Shown here: positions 8,099-19,237 of the stretch, piece by piece
Layout of the letters: every line of letters begins with the position of its first letter
Position numbering within the stretch: the first letter of the stretch is position 1
The notes under the pieces: model-generated
Database searches by the model: none
Told to the model about the DNA's origin: nothing
Seen by the model: the letters and a program-made list of their open reading frames with translations, nothing else
Origin: Fibrobacterota bacterium
GTDB lineage: Bacteria > Fibrobacterota > Fibrobacteria > UBA11236
Assembly: GCA_043753995.1 (NCBI GenBank)
Contig: JAYUVP010000056.1
Coordinates: 1-28,764, forward strand
Direction of reading: 5' to 3'
DNA length: 28,764 nt
Made by a program: the position numbers and the translations under genes

Positions 8099-8646
8099 AA
8101 GGGTTATGGAACTGGCTTCAGGCGGCCGACCTAAAAGCTTTGCGGTTTTTGCATGGCTTGCGAATCCCCCTACCTCTGCATTTTCCTCTCATTGTTTTCG
8201 TTCGCATTGGCGATGGCTGGATGTGGATTGCCATCACAGCATGGCTGTATCACAGCATGGCCTGGATCGATTTTCGGCTGGTGGTGGTGGAATGCTTGCT
8301 GGCTGTTGGCCTTAGCCTATTGGCGTATTGGCCCATCAAATTGATCGTCCGCCGCCGTCGTCCCTATATTGCGCACGATGGGGTGACGCGCAAGGTTCCT
8401 CCGCTGGACAAGTATTCCTTTCCCTCGGGCCATACTATGAACAACTTGGCGGTGTCCTTGACCTTGGCCAGCCAATTGCCCGGCCTATATGGTCCCGCTA
8501 TCGGAATACCGCTAGCTTTGGGTGTTTTACGGGTGGTATTCGGTGTTCATTTTCTCAGTGATATCCTCGGTGGAGCCGTTTTGGGCGCCGCAAGTCATGT
8601 GGCAGCCAAGTATCTCATGCCCCATATGCCGTTTTGGAACCCCTAA
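8095..8646 (+). CDS. PAP2-family membrane phosphatase
   Basis: K.....R.RP, SFPSGH and R...GVHFLSD.L.G motifs; several TM segments; ATGA overlap with the upstream gene. Confidence 0.92.
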   Translation: MKGLWNWLQAADLKALRFLHGLRIPLPLHFPLIVFVRIGDGWMWIAITAWLYHSMAWIDFRLVVVECLLAVGLSLLAYWPIKLIVRRRRPYIAHDGVTRKVPPLDKYSFPSGHTMNNLAVSLTLASQLPGLYGPAIGIPLALGVLRVVFGVHFLSDILGGAVLGAASHVAAKYLMPHMPFWNP

Positions 8647-8697
8647 AGCATTAAAAAACGCTTTGCAAAGGATCCTCCTCCTCGCGTTTTATACAAT

Positions 8698-10191
8698 ATG
8701 GGCGTGCCGTCTAGCGCGTTTTTCTTGCTTTTAAAAATATCTTGCGCAAGTTTGGCCTTATCGGCTTTCCTTACCGGCATGGCTCGAGCTGAACCCGCCT
8801 CGGCGGATTCGGTTGCCATACCCAAGCCCGATACCTTATCCGCGAGTGGTTTGGATTCAGTGAAAGCGGCACCTCCCGTTTACGAGTATGTCGCCAATCC
8901 CACCCTCCAGTTGCTGACCTGGCCCATTGAGAAAATTCTGGCTCCCACCGTGGAAGGCTTGGTTTATCCCATCAAGCCGCCCTTGCGGTATTTTATGGAT
9001 CAAAATGTGATAGACCGAATGATTGATATGCTCAGTTTCGGTCCGAATAAGAAAATCATGATATATCCGACCATGTCCATTGCGCCAGGAACCAGCTCTC
9101 GCACGGGCTTAACCATGCGGCATGCCGCGATTTTCGGGCGGCCAACGGAACGATTTGTCGGCCAGTGGACCATGTTCGTCAACGGAGATTATCGGCTACG
9201 CGGGTATTTGACGGCGCGAGAATTCGGTGGGCTGCCCATCAACTTGAAATTTTCCGCGACCATGAATCGGGTCAAAAATACCTCATCCAATCAACCTGGT
9301 ACCGATGCGTTTTGGTATTACTCCGACACTTCCGAAACTTATTATACCCATGTCAATAGCAACCTCTTTGAGCGCGTCGGAGGTACTTTCAGCTATTCCC
9401 TGCGGGTGAATCGTTTCGGTTTGTCACCGCCGCAAAAACCTGAAAATGCGAAGTTGATTAGCAATTTCTACAAGCGGAATCCGTCTGATTCGGTGGGCGA
9501 TGCCAGCTATCGCGGTTTAGAGTCCAAGTGGCTCGATCAGGCATTCGGATTTTCCATCGGACGCGACTCGCGCAACAATGAAAACATCACTTTGGACGGC
9601 AGCCATTTGCAGGCTGGCGTCACCTATCATCTCACCAATGCCGGCCACGATTTTTACAGCTACCAAGTCGATTACAGCAAATTTTTCAAGCTGGGCAGCG
9701 AGCGCTATGAACTCACGCGCGATGAAGAGCAAAAAGTCGTAAAAGGAATGAAGATGAAAAGGTTTTTTCAGGGCCTGGAATACCGCAAATTGCGAGAGCA
9801 AATCTTCAGCCGTAAGGTTTTGGCCACGCATTTTTACGCTGCCCAAAGCTTTGAGTTGCCACGCAATAGCCTGCCGGTCTATGCCTTACAAACTCTGGGC
9901 AATGACACCCCCTTGCGAGGCTATGCGGGGAGTCGTTTTCGTGACTATACCGTGGCGGGTGTCTCGGCAGAATATCGCTTTCCTCTCATGAGATTGGTCG
10001 ACGGCGATATTTTCAATGAATATGGCGTAAGGGGGCGGGATTGGTCTAGCATTGACTATCTCGAATTCAAGAATTCCTGGGGCTTCGGAATTCGCGTTCG
10101 GCGTCCTGATATTTTCTTATTCCGTTGCGAAGCTGGATTTCACGGAACGGAAGGCGTCGTCTTGAATTTGACCGTCGACGCCGCCTATTAA
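8698..10191 (+). CDS. Omp85 (BamA/TamA superfamily) outer-membrane beta-barrel protein
   Basis: Signal peptide, alternating aromatic strands, the lid-lock motif 'LG..TPLRGY...RFRD', AEYRFP, 'SWGFGIR' and a terminal aromatic (AAY). The start could be GTG 8704. Confidence 0.8.
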   Translation: MGVPSSAFFLLLKISCASLALSAFLTGMARAEPASADSVAIPKPDTLSASGLDSVKAAPPVYEYVANPTLQLLTWPIEKILAPTVEGLVYPIKPPLRYFMDQNVIDRMIDMLSFGPNKKIMIYPTMSIAPGTSSRTGLTMRHAAIFGRPTERFVGQWTMFVNGDYRLRGYLTAREFGGLPINLKFSATMNRVKNTSSNQPGTDAFWYYSDTSETYYTHVNSNLFERVGGTFSYSLRVNRFGLSPPQKPENAKLISNFYKRNPSDSVGDASYRGLESKWLDQAFGFSIGRDSRNNENITLDGSHLQAGVTYHLTNAGHDFYSYQVDYSKFFKLGSERYELTRDEEQKVVKGMKMKRFFQGLEYRKLREQIFSRKVLATHFYAAQSFELPRNSLPVYALQTLGNDTPLRGYAGSRFRDYTVAGVSAEYRFPLMRLVDGDIFNEYGVRGRDWSSIDYLEFKNSWGFGIRVRRPDIFLFRCEAGFHGTEGVVLNLTVDAAY

Positions 10192-10307
10192 CAGCTTCGG
10201 ACCTCACCCTCCCTTTTCAGGAATTTCATGTCCTGACCGCCTTTGTCATTCTGTCGTATAGAGGAGTTGCTCGCGCCCTTGATTTCATTTGGCTCCTGGT
10301 TTACCCT

Positions 10308-10332
10308 TTTAGAATAAGACTAAATCTCAATC
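10308..10332 (+). promoter_or_regulatory. AT-rich palindrome upstream of the porin gene; candidate iron-regulator (Fur/DtxR-type) box
   Basis: TTTAG-AATAAGA-CTAAA inverted repeat (10308-10324), overlapping AATAAGACTAAATCTCAAT, about 15-40 bp before the ATG at 10347 in otherwise GC-balanced DNA. The regulator identity is inferred. Confidence 0.5.
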
Positions 10333-10346
10333 TGATCGGGGAGCGT

Positions 10347-11474
10347 ATGACTTCGGAAGTCAAAAAACAGTTTGCATGGCAGCGTATTCGGTGGACCTTG
10401 GCGGGCGGCGCCCTGCTTGCTTTCGCCACGGGGGCCTTAGCCCAGAAGGACGAATTCTTCGAGCCCAAAACGAGCCTGGGCGGCTATGGTGAATTACACC
10501 TGAATTACAAGAAAACCGAGAATGTCGCGGCCTTGGCGCCCGAGCTTGATTTCCATCGGTTCATTCTTTTCCTGGGACATCAATTTTCGCCTCGTTTCTC
10601 CCTCAAGGCTGAGCTTGAGCTCGAGCATAATTTCGTTTTGGATAATCACGGCGAACTAGAGCTTGAGCAGGCTTATGTCGAATACGCCGCCTACCCTTGG
10701 TTGCGTTTGCAAACCGGTGTGGTTCTTGCCAATCCCGGTTTGATGAATGAATTTCATGAGCCGCCGCTTTTCTTTAGCGTCGAGCGTCCCGATTATCACA
10801 ATCAAATCCTTCCGACCACATGGTATGGAAACGGCGCGGCGATCACCGGCGCCTACCGGGGCTTTGAATATAAGGCCAACGTCATGGAAGGCCTCAATAC
10901 CGAGAAAATCGATTCGGGAGCTGGCTTGCGCGGTGGGCGACAAAAGGGCTATCGCTCCAAGCTTGAAAATGCTTTGGTCGGCTTAAAAATCGATTATGTC
11001 GGCTTGCCAGGACTACGCGGCGGTCTCTCCTACAATCGCAATCACCTCATGAAGAATAATGGCAAGCAGCGTTTTGAATCGATAGACCTTGTGGAGGCGC
11101 ATGCCCAGTTCGAGAAGTTCGGATTGCGCGCTACGGTGGAAGGCGCTTGGATAGGGTATAGCGCCCTGGCTACGAAGCCCAGCTACCCCGAACAAGGGCA
11201 GGGCCTCCTTTTCGAGGTGGGCTACAATGTGCTGAGCATGACGGAATTCGAGGCCCGCCTTTTCCCTTGGGTACGTTATTCCAGTTTGAATCGCGCCGCC
11301 GCTTCAGGAATTCCTGCGCTTGAGAAAAAGTATGCCACCCAAAAAACCGAGATGGGCTTGGCCTTTTTCCCAATTCCTAAAATCGCATACAAGACCGACA
11401 TCGGTTTTGAAAGTGTGGGCGATCCTTCGGTGGAGACCTTTTATTGGAATCTGGGTATAGGCTATATGTTCTGA
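10347..11474 (+). CDS. Outer-membrane porin (OprO/OprP-like barrel of the type found in iron-uptake clusters)
   Basis: GGAG RBS and ATG at 10347; signal peptide ending ALA; GGYGELH, DFHRFILF.GH.F, ELELEH, GELELEQAY, NEFHEPP.F.SVERP and PTTW motifs; C-terminal GIGYMF. Confidence 0.85.
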   Translation: MTSEVKKQFAWQRIRWTLAGGALLAFATGALAQKDEFFEPKTSLGGYGELHLNYKKTENVAALAPELDFHRFILFLGHQFSPRFSLKAELELEHNFVLDNHGELELEQAYVEYAAYPWLRLQTGVVLANPGLMNEFHEPPLFFSVERPDYHNQILPTTWYGNGAAITGAYRGFEYKANVMEGLNTEKIDSGAGLRGGRQKGYRSKLENALVGLKIDYVGLPGLRGGLSYNRNHLMKNNGKQRFESIDLVEAHAQFEKFGLRATVEGAWIGYSALATKPSYPEQGQGLLFEVGYNVLSMTEFEARLFPWVRYSSLNRAAASGIPALEKKYATQKTEMGLAFFPIPKIAYKTDIGFESVGDPSVETFYWNLGIGYMF

Positions 11475-11510
11475 GCCCTCAGGGCAGGAGCAACCAGGCG
11501 CTAGGCGGAA

Positions 11511-12122
11511 ATGGACATGCGGTTTTTTGAAATCCTGATACTGTGCTTGGCTTTTACGGGCGCAGGGTCCGCAGAACCGCCGCTCTCGCCTGCATCTCCT
11601 TTGGAGCTAAAGACCGAGGCCGAGCTAAAGGCTTGGTCGGCGTCACAGGGCCGAACCGAAGGGGAATGGAAGCGTCGCCGCTATCTCCTGGACCCAGTTC
11701 TGAAAAAGAAATGGGAGATAGAGGCACAACAGGCTTTCTTCCGAAATGAAGTCACGGTGTGGGTGGAAGTTCATCGCTCAGCAACCCAAAGCGCCCATTC
11801 ACCTCAAGTCGTGACGAAAGGTTTTTGTGCCGTCATGGACAATGCCATAGGCAAAACCCAGCCCATCACCTTTGTAGTGGTGGCCGATACCCAGGCCGTC
11901 CTAGCCCATACGGCGGTGATGGCCTATCGCGAGGCCTATGGGGGCGCGGTGGGTGGCCAAGGATGGAATCGGCGTCTGCGGGGCATGGGTACGGAAAAGC
12001 CCCTGCGCGTCGGCAAGGAAGTGGATGCCATTGCCGGGGCTTCACTTTCTGTGCATGCTTTGGCGAAGGGCTATCGCAAGGCCGCCTGGATTGCCCAGGC
12101 CGTGTGTCGTGAAGCCCTTTGA
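11511..12122 (+). CDS. Exported FMN-binding domain protein (putative covalent flavinylation substrate)
   Basis: Signal peptide; 'GKTQPIT..V', 'YRE.YG..V....W' and 'VDAIAGASLS' (flavinylation-like motif at 12021-12044). Confidence 0.8.
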   Translation: MDMRFFEILILCLAFTGAGSAEPPLSPASPLELKTEAELKAWSASQGRTEGEWKRRRYLLDPVLKKKWEIEAQQAFFRNEVTVWVEVHRSATQSAHSPQVVTKGFCAVMDNAIGKTQPITFVVVADTQAVLAHTAVMAYREAYGGAVGGQGWNRRLRGMGTEKPLRVGKEVDAIAGASLSVHALAKGYRKAAWIAQAVCREAL

Positions 12123-12145
12123 GTTAGGTCGGTTCCATTAAAACC

Positions 12146-12661
12146 ATGCAAAATAATTCGAGCTGGAGCCCACCCCCGATTCGCCAGTGGTCGCTTCATT
12201 TACGATACCTGGTCATCGCCTTTGTTCTCTTGCTGGATGTCGGGGTATCGGCCGGTTTGGCTTTGGTGGCGCTCACAACCGGAGTGACACGCCAGGGGGT
12301 GGCGGATCGCTTCCGAGGTAGTGACGCCGCCTCAATGGAATCCGGTGTCGCGGAGCAATTCGCCAAGCCCATTTTTGACATGCTTTTGACTACGCATAAT
12401 CACGTTATCCCCTTCGCCTTGATTTTTTTGGCCCTGGGGTTTTTGATGTCCTGCACGGAATGGCCGCGAGGGCGACTGAAAACCTGGTTGGTGGTTGAGC
12501 CCTTTATCGCGACCCTGACCACCTTCGGAGGACTTTGGCTGATGCGTTATGTGCATCCAGCCTTTGTTTATTGGGTCTTTATCAGTTCAGCTTTATTGTA
12601 TGGCGGCTTATACCTTGCCTCGTTTTGCATTCTTCGCGAGGCGCTAAAGAAGCGGGCATGA
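12146..12661 (+). CDS. Uncharacterised ~4-TM inner-membrane protein with an HxH motif
   Basis: Four hydrophobic segments; 'LLTTHNHVIPF' at the start of TM2; 23 bp downstream of the FMN-binding gene. Confidence 0.75.
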   Translation: MQNNSSWSPPPIRQWSLHLRYLVIAFVLLLDVGVSAGLALVALTTGVTRQGVADRFRGSDAASMESGVAEQFAKPIFDMLLTTHNHVIPFALIFLALGFLMSCTEWPRGRLKTWLVVEPFIATLTTFGGLWLMRYVHPAFVYWVFISSALLYGGLYLASFCILREALKKRA

Positions 12662-12698
12662 CACGCCCGGTGGTGCCATGCCGTTGCGTATGGCAACC

Positions 12699-13712
12699 CT
12701 ATTTCAAGGCGCAAGTAAAGCGGACGGCAGTGGCCACGTCCTCAAGTCCCTTGCCTTTGGGGTCGGAATATAGGCCAACGTCAAAGGTCGCGCGCTCAAA
12801 GACTTTCTTCTGGCCATAAACGGCGAACATGAGGGGCATGTCTTCCCCTTGTAGTTTCCGGTCGGCCAGATACTCGATTTCCAGGCTTATTTTATTGGCA
12901 ACCCAGGCAGCCGGGACAAAGGCCCCGACCAATACTGGGAATTGATCGAGGGCAAGCAATTGCTGAATCATGGCAATTTCTGCGAAAACGCCCCACTTTT
13001 TTGGATCGGTATAGCGCGCCGTTCCGCTGACGCGATTGATAAGCTCAATGTCCTGGTCATAAATCTTGTCGAATAAGTTTGAGCGCAAGGAAGCGGAAAG
13101 GGCAAGGCCTTGGCCGTTCTCCCAACTCTCATAGACACGTAAAAAGCCTTTGTTGAGGCGTTTGTCATTGGTTCCCAAAATCAAGGAGGACTTCATGCCC
13201 CCAGTTTCAGACGTTATTTCTGTGGCGCTATGCACGGCAACGCGTGAGCCAAAAGTCGGGCCCGCTGCCAAATCGAGATAATCGCCGAAAATAAAACTCG
13301 GGGTTTGCCGCGTTTCAAAACGACCTACCCGAATGGCGAATTCAGAGAATTGCTGGCGAACCCAGGCATGATTGACCAGGACTCGGCTTTGCTCCGAAGT
13401 CTTGACCTTGAGTGTTCCCTGGCCCGCAGTGTCATAAGATGCGCCTATGACGGGTTCAAAACCGAACCCTTCGGGGAAAATGCGCACATTGAATTTCGAG
13501 GAGAATTTCTGGTTTTTATACTCGGCACCGATATTGAGCCGTCCCCAGAGATTGTCGAGGTTATCGCCACCCCAGCCACGCGCCCAACTTTTATCCCCTT
13601 GGATTTGCACATCCCCTTTCCAGGCGAAATCGGGAATCGAATCCTGGGCAAAGCCGGCGACCGAACCCAATGTAAGGCAGGTACCTATTGCTGTGACGAG
13701 GCAAAATTTCAT
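12699..13712 (-). CDS. Putative outer-membrane beta-barrel (porin-like) protein
   Basis: AGGGAG RBS before ATG 13712; signal peptide ending GFA; amphipathic beta-strand pattern, including 'NHAWV....FAIRVGRF'; ends VRFTCALK. Confidence 0.65.
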   Translation of the reverse strand: MKFCLVTAIGTCLTLGSVAGFAQDSIPDFAWKGDVQIQGDKSWARGWGGDNLDNLWGRLNIGAEYKNQKFSSKFNVRIFPEGFGFEPVIGASYDTAGQGTLKVKTSEQSRVLVNHAWVRQQFSEFAIRVGRFETRQTPSFIFGDYLDLAAGPTFGSRVAVHSATEITSETGGMKSSLILGTNDKRLNKGFLRVYESWENGQGLALSASLRSNLFDKIYDQDIELINRVSGTARYTDPKKWGVFAEIAMIQQLLALDQFPVLVGAFVPAAWVANKISLEIEYLADRKLQGEDMPLMFAVYGQKKVFERATFDVGLYSDPKGKGLEDVATAVRFTCALK

Positions 13713-13803
13713 GCGCAACTCCCTGAGGATGTTTGAGTTTGCGCAATGTTACTATGGAAAAAAGAGTGATTTCAACTACAGGGCAGAGATTTCCGCAGCG
13801 CGG

Positions 13804-14625
13804 TCAAGCGAGTTTATAGCAACCCGCCTTGTCATAAGGCATGCGCACGAAATTCGGGTCGATATTGACCGTGGTTTCGGCGCCACCCAAAAACAAATAG
13901 CCGTCGGGCTTTAAGATTTTCCGCACCTTGGCGAGGATGGCCTTTTTCACTTCGACATCGAAATAAATCAGAACATTGCGCATGAAAACGATATCCATGG
14001 GCGGCATGGGCGGCAGGGGATCCAGCAAATTGAGTGGGCGGAACTGGACCAGACGCTTGACCTTGTCGGAGATATACCAATTGCCCTCGGCAGGCGCGAA
14101 GTACTTGGCCAATAGTAGGGCGGGCAATCCGCGATTGACCTCTACTTGGGTATAGGCTCCCTTGCGGCAACGATCCAGCATTTCCTTGGAAATGTCGGTG
14201 GAGAAATACTGGAATTTCCAATCGAGGGCGACTTGGGGGAAGTGCTCTAGCATCATCATGGCAATGCTGTAAGACTCTTGACCGCTGGAGGCGGCACCGC
14301 ACCAAAAATTCAATTCTTTATTCGCGCTACGCTTTTTTAACAACTCCGGGATTAAATGCAAGCGCAAGGCTTCAAAGGGAAAAAAGTCACGGAAAAACGT
14401 GGTTTCATTGGTGGTCATCGCGTCGATCACGCGTTCGGCCAATTCCCCTTTGGGGGTTTTACGCAAGGCACTCGTCAAATCGGCGAGGGTGGCGATGCCC
14501 ATTTGTTTGGCAAGAGGCATCAATCGAGATTCAATCAAATATTCTTTGCCAGCATCAAGCACAATGCCTGCCTGCTCGCGGATAAGGCCGGTCAAAAAAG
14601 TGAAGTCCTGGGGCTGTATGGCCAT
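13804..14625 (-). CDS. cheR: Chemotaxis methyltransferase CheR
   Basis: TTNETTFFRD, WCGAASSGQE.YS, TDIS, MRNVLIYFD and GYLFLGGAET motifs. Start set at MAIQPQ (14625), right after the cheB stop. Confidence 0.95.
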   Translation of the reverse strand: MAIQPQDFTFLTGLIREQAGIVLDAGKEYLIESRLMPLAKQMGIATLADLTSALRKTPKGELAERVIDAMTTNETTFFRDFFPFEALRLHLIPELLKKRSANKELNFWCGAASSGQESYSIAMMMLEHFPQVALDWKFQYFSTDISKEMLDRCRKGAYTQVEVNRGLPALLLAKYFAPAEGNWYISDKVKRLVQFRPLNLLDPLPPMPPMDIVFMRNVLIYFDVEVKKAILAKVRKILKPDGYLFLGGAETTVNIDPNFVRMPYDKAGCYKLA

Positions 14626-14626
14626 A

Positions 14627-15817
14627 TCAGTACTTCCCTGTTCGCACACGGCGCATAATTTCAGGCCCGATTTCTTGAAGGGGTAGAATGCAGTCGGTAA
14701 TGCCGGCATTTGCCACTGCGCCGGGCATGCCCCAAACAACCGAGGTGGCTTCGTCTTGCGCCAGCAAAACCCCGCCCTCGGCTTTGACCGCTTCGCTGCC
14801 GCGCAATCCATCCTGGCCCATGCCGGTAAGGATGACAGCTAGCACGTGGTTTTGCGCGCAGGCCGCGGCGTGGCGGAATAAAACGTCGACGGCGGGGCGG
14901 CAGCTGTTTTCCAGGGACTCTTGATTGAGGTGGAGGAGGAAGCGGCCTTCTTTGCGAGCCACCGTCATGTGAAAGTTACCCGGCGCCAAGCGCAAATCGC
15001 CGGGTCCGACTTCTTCCCCGTTGGACGCCTCACGGCAATTCAATGGGCAAAGTAAACCCAGTCGATCCGCCAGCAATTTGGTGAACATGGGTGGCATATG
15101 CTGTACGATAAGGACGGGTATACCTAAATCCTTGGGAAAGTTCGGCACCAAGGCCGCCAGGGCATTAGGTCCGCCAGTTGAGACTCCGATCACAATCAAT
15201 TGTACATTCCCGGGCATGCGGGCTGGTATGATTTTGTTCTGCGTATTCATCGGCGGAACTTTCGGCCGCCAATCCGGATTCGAGGTTGGAATGGCCGATC
15301 CGGACGATGGAATTTGTGCGGAAGGTTTCAACCCCGGCTGCGTATTCGCTGCGAACGAGGCGGGGTGGGAGTTTGTGGCCACGGCCGCCCAACCGCCAGG
15401 GGGCTTTTCGGATAGGTGGCATAGGCCACGCACCCGGGTAAGCAAATGTTCGCGTACGTAGTCGAGGGCTTCCTCCATGTTTTGGGTATGGCTGGGCTTG
15501 AGCACGCAATCGGTCGCCCCCCTTGCCAAAGCTTCCATGGTCGAATTCGATCCCTTTTCCGTTTGTGCGCTGAAAACGATCACAGGCAAACCGGGATATA
15601 AGGCACGAATGCGTTCCAGGGTTTCCAGCCCGTCCATACCTGGCATTTCGAAATCGAGCACAACGAGGGCCGGGGCGGACCTCTCGATCTTGGCGAGGGC
15701 CAAGGCACCATTGGGGGCTATAATCGGCTCTAAATCAGGATCCCCTTCCAGGGCGAGACTCACCATTTTTCGGACCAGGGCGGAATCATCCACCACTAAG
15801 ACGCGGCGCTTTTCCAT
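14627..15817 (-). CDS. cheB: Chemotaxis response regulator protein-glutamate methylesterase CheB
   Basis: Receiver domain (VDDS, LDFEMP, LKP), a long Pro-rich linker, and the catalytic S-H-D residues in GVSTGGP, VQHMP and LTGMGQDG. Confidence 0.96.
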   Translation of the reverse strand: MEKRRVLVVDDSALVRKMVSLALEGDPDLEPIIAPNGALALAKIERSAPALVVLDFEMPGMDGLETLERIRALYPGLPVIVFSAQTEKGSNSTMEALARGATDCVLKPSHTQNMEEALDYVREHLLTRVRGLCHLSEKPPGGWAAVATNSHPASFAANTQPGLKPSAQIPSSGSAIPTSNPDWRPKVPPMNTQNKIIPARMPGNVQLIVIGVSTGGPNALAALVPNFPKDLGIPVLIVQHMPPMFTKLLADRLGLLCPLNCREASNGEEVGPGDLRLAPGNFHMTVARKEGRFLLHLNQESLENSCRPAVDVLFRHAAACAQNHVLAVILTGMGQDGLRGSEAVKAEGGVLLAQDEATSVVWGMPGAVANAGITDCILPLQEIGPEIMRRVRTGKY

Positions 15818-15823
15818 CTGGCC

Positions 15824-16204
15824 TCAGGAAATTAAGCCCATCATAGTGAGCTTTTCGCCGATGGCTTCCTGATCGAAGGGTTTCATGATGTATTCGTTGG
15901 CGCCCTCTTGAAGGGCTTCGATCACCCGCTCGAGCTCGACCTCGCTCGTGCACATCAAAATGGGCATGTTCTTATAGGCGGGATTGGAGCGGACATAACG
16001 CACCACTTGAATGCCGTTCATGTTAGGCATATTCCAATCGAGACAGGTGAAGTCGGCGGGACCGTTGGTTTTCAGCCACTCCAGCGCAGACGCGCCATCA
16101 TCGGCTTGATGCACTTCGAAACCGAAATTCCGAAGGATATCCTGCAAAATGGCGCGTATGGTTCCTGAATCATCCACCACTAAGGCTTTTTTTGGCATGG
16201 TCAT
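15824..16204 (-). CDS. cheY: Single-domain response regulator CheY
   Basis: VVDDS, LDWNMP, MCTS and YIMKPF receiver motifs, within the che operon. Confidence 0.9.
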   Translation of the reverse strand: MTMPKKALVVDDSGTIRAILQDILRNFGFEVHQADDGASALEWLKTNGPADFTCLDWNMPNMNGIQVVRYVRSNPAYKNMPILMCTSEVELERVIEALQEGANEYIMKPFDQEAIGEKLTMMGLIS

Positions 16205-16207
16205 CTC

Positions 16208-16650
16208 TTAGGATTCGAGTTCGGAAACCAAGTTCGGGTCGAGGACGAGTAGTAGCTTATCCTTCAGTTTGTAAACTCCGGTCACGGTGCTTTTTAATCT
16301 TCCAACTATGGATTCGGGCGTGGGTTCCCATGAGCTTTCTTCGACGGTGAGAACGTCACCGACTTGATCGGCGACGAAATCGACGGGACCGTCGGGGGAT
16401 GCGTAAATCACGTTCACGGCACGCGTGGCGCCATCATCGGAAAATCCCAGCCGCCGCCGCAAGTCGATGGCGGGAAGAATTTGGCCTCGCAAATTCAGCA
16501 ACCCTAGAATTTCAGGCGGTGATTTGGGTACCACAGTTATGCTTTGCTGGCGCAATACTTCCTGTACGCAGATGACTTCAATGCCCATGAGATGGCCGGC
16601 GACGGTGAAGGTGCAATATTGCCGCGCTTCTTGTGGCGCTTCGGTGTTTT

Positions 16651-16654
<4 letters not shown>
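16208..16654 (-). CDS. cheW: Chemotaxis coupling protein CheW
   Basis: YCTF.V, VQEV, GLLNLRGQI...IDLR and LLLVLD motifs; ATGA overlap with cheA. Confidence 0.95.
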
Positions 16655-19014
<2,360 letters not shown>

Positions 19015-19237
19015 GACTCAATCCCTGGTTCGACGGCCAAAATCATTTTAAGGGGTGGTGACCCGTTCGCAAAGGCAAAATTGCCTGGGTCGGAAAGGGG
19101 GCGTCGAAAGGGGCAAAAAGGTCACGGGAAAGGTGAAAATTGGCTTGCCGCGTCTGATAATGAGTCCTGATTCTCCGAAAATTCGCAATCGACATTTTTG
19201 GAGCTGGCAAGCAGGGTCGATACCAAGTAGGTAAGAA

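Noticed and set aside
10125..10346. ORF-track upstream extensions of the porin (10125), LbtU-like barrel (20766), EboA (25255) and EboB (26132)
   Set aside because: They overlap neighbouring genes or regulatory DNA; downstream ATGs give proper RBS, signal peptide or gene coupling.
14626..14811. 62-aa N-terminal extension of CheR
   Set aside because: It overlaps the cheB coding region in another frame; the ATG just after the cheB stop is the natural start.
19068..19125. c-di-GMP-I (GEMM) riboswitch upstream of the MCP (GGCAAA...GAAA...)
   Set aside because: The GAAA is not closed by a pairing stem and the GACGCAAA element is missing.
19028..19223. Sigma-28 promoters for cheA (TAAA-N12-GTCGAACC, - strand) and the MCP (GTCGATAC)
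   Set aside because: The spacing or the -35 element does not fit TAAA-N15-GCCGATAA; too degenerate to call.
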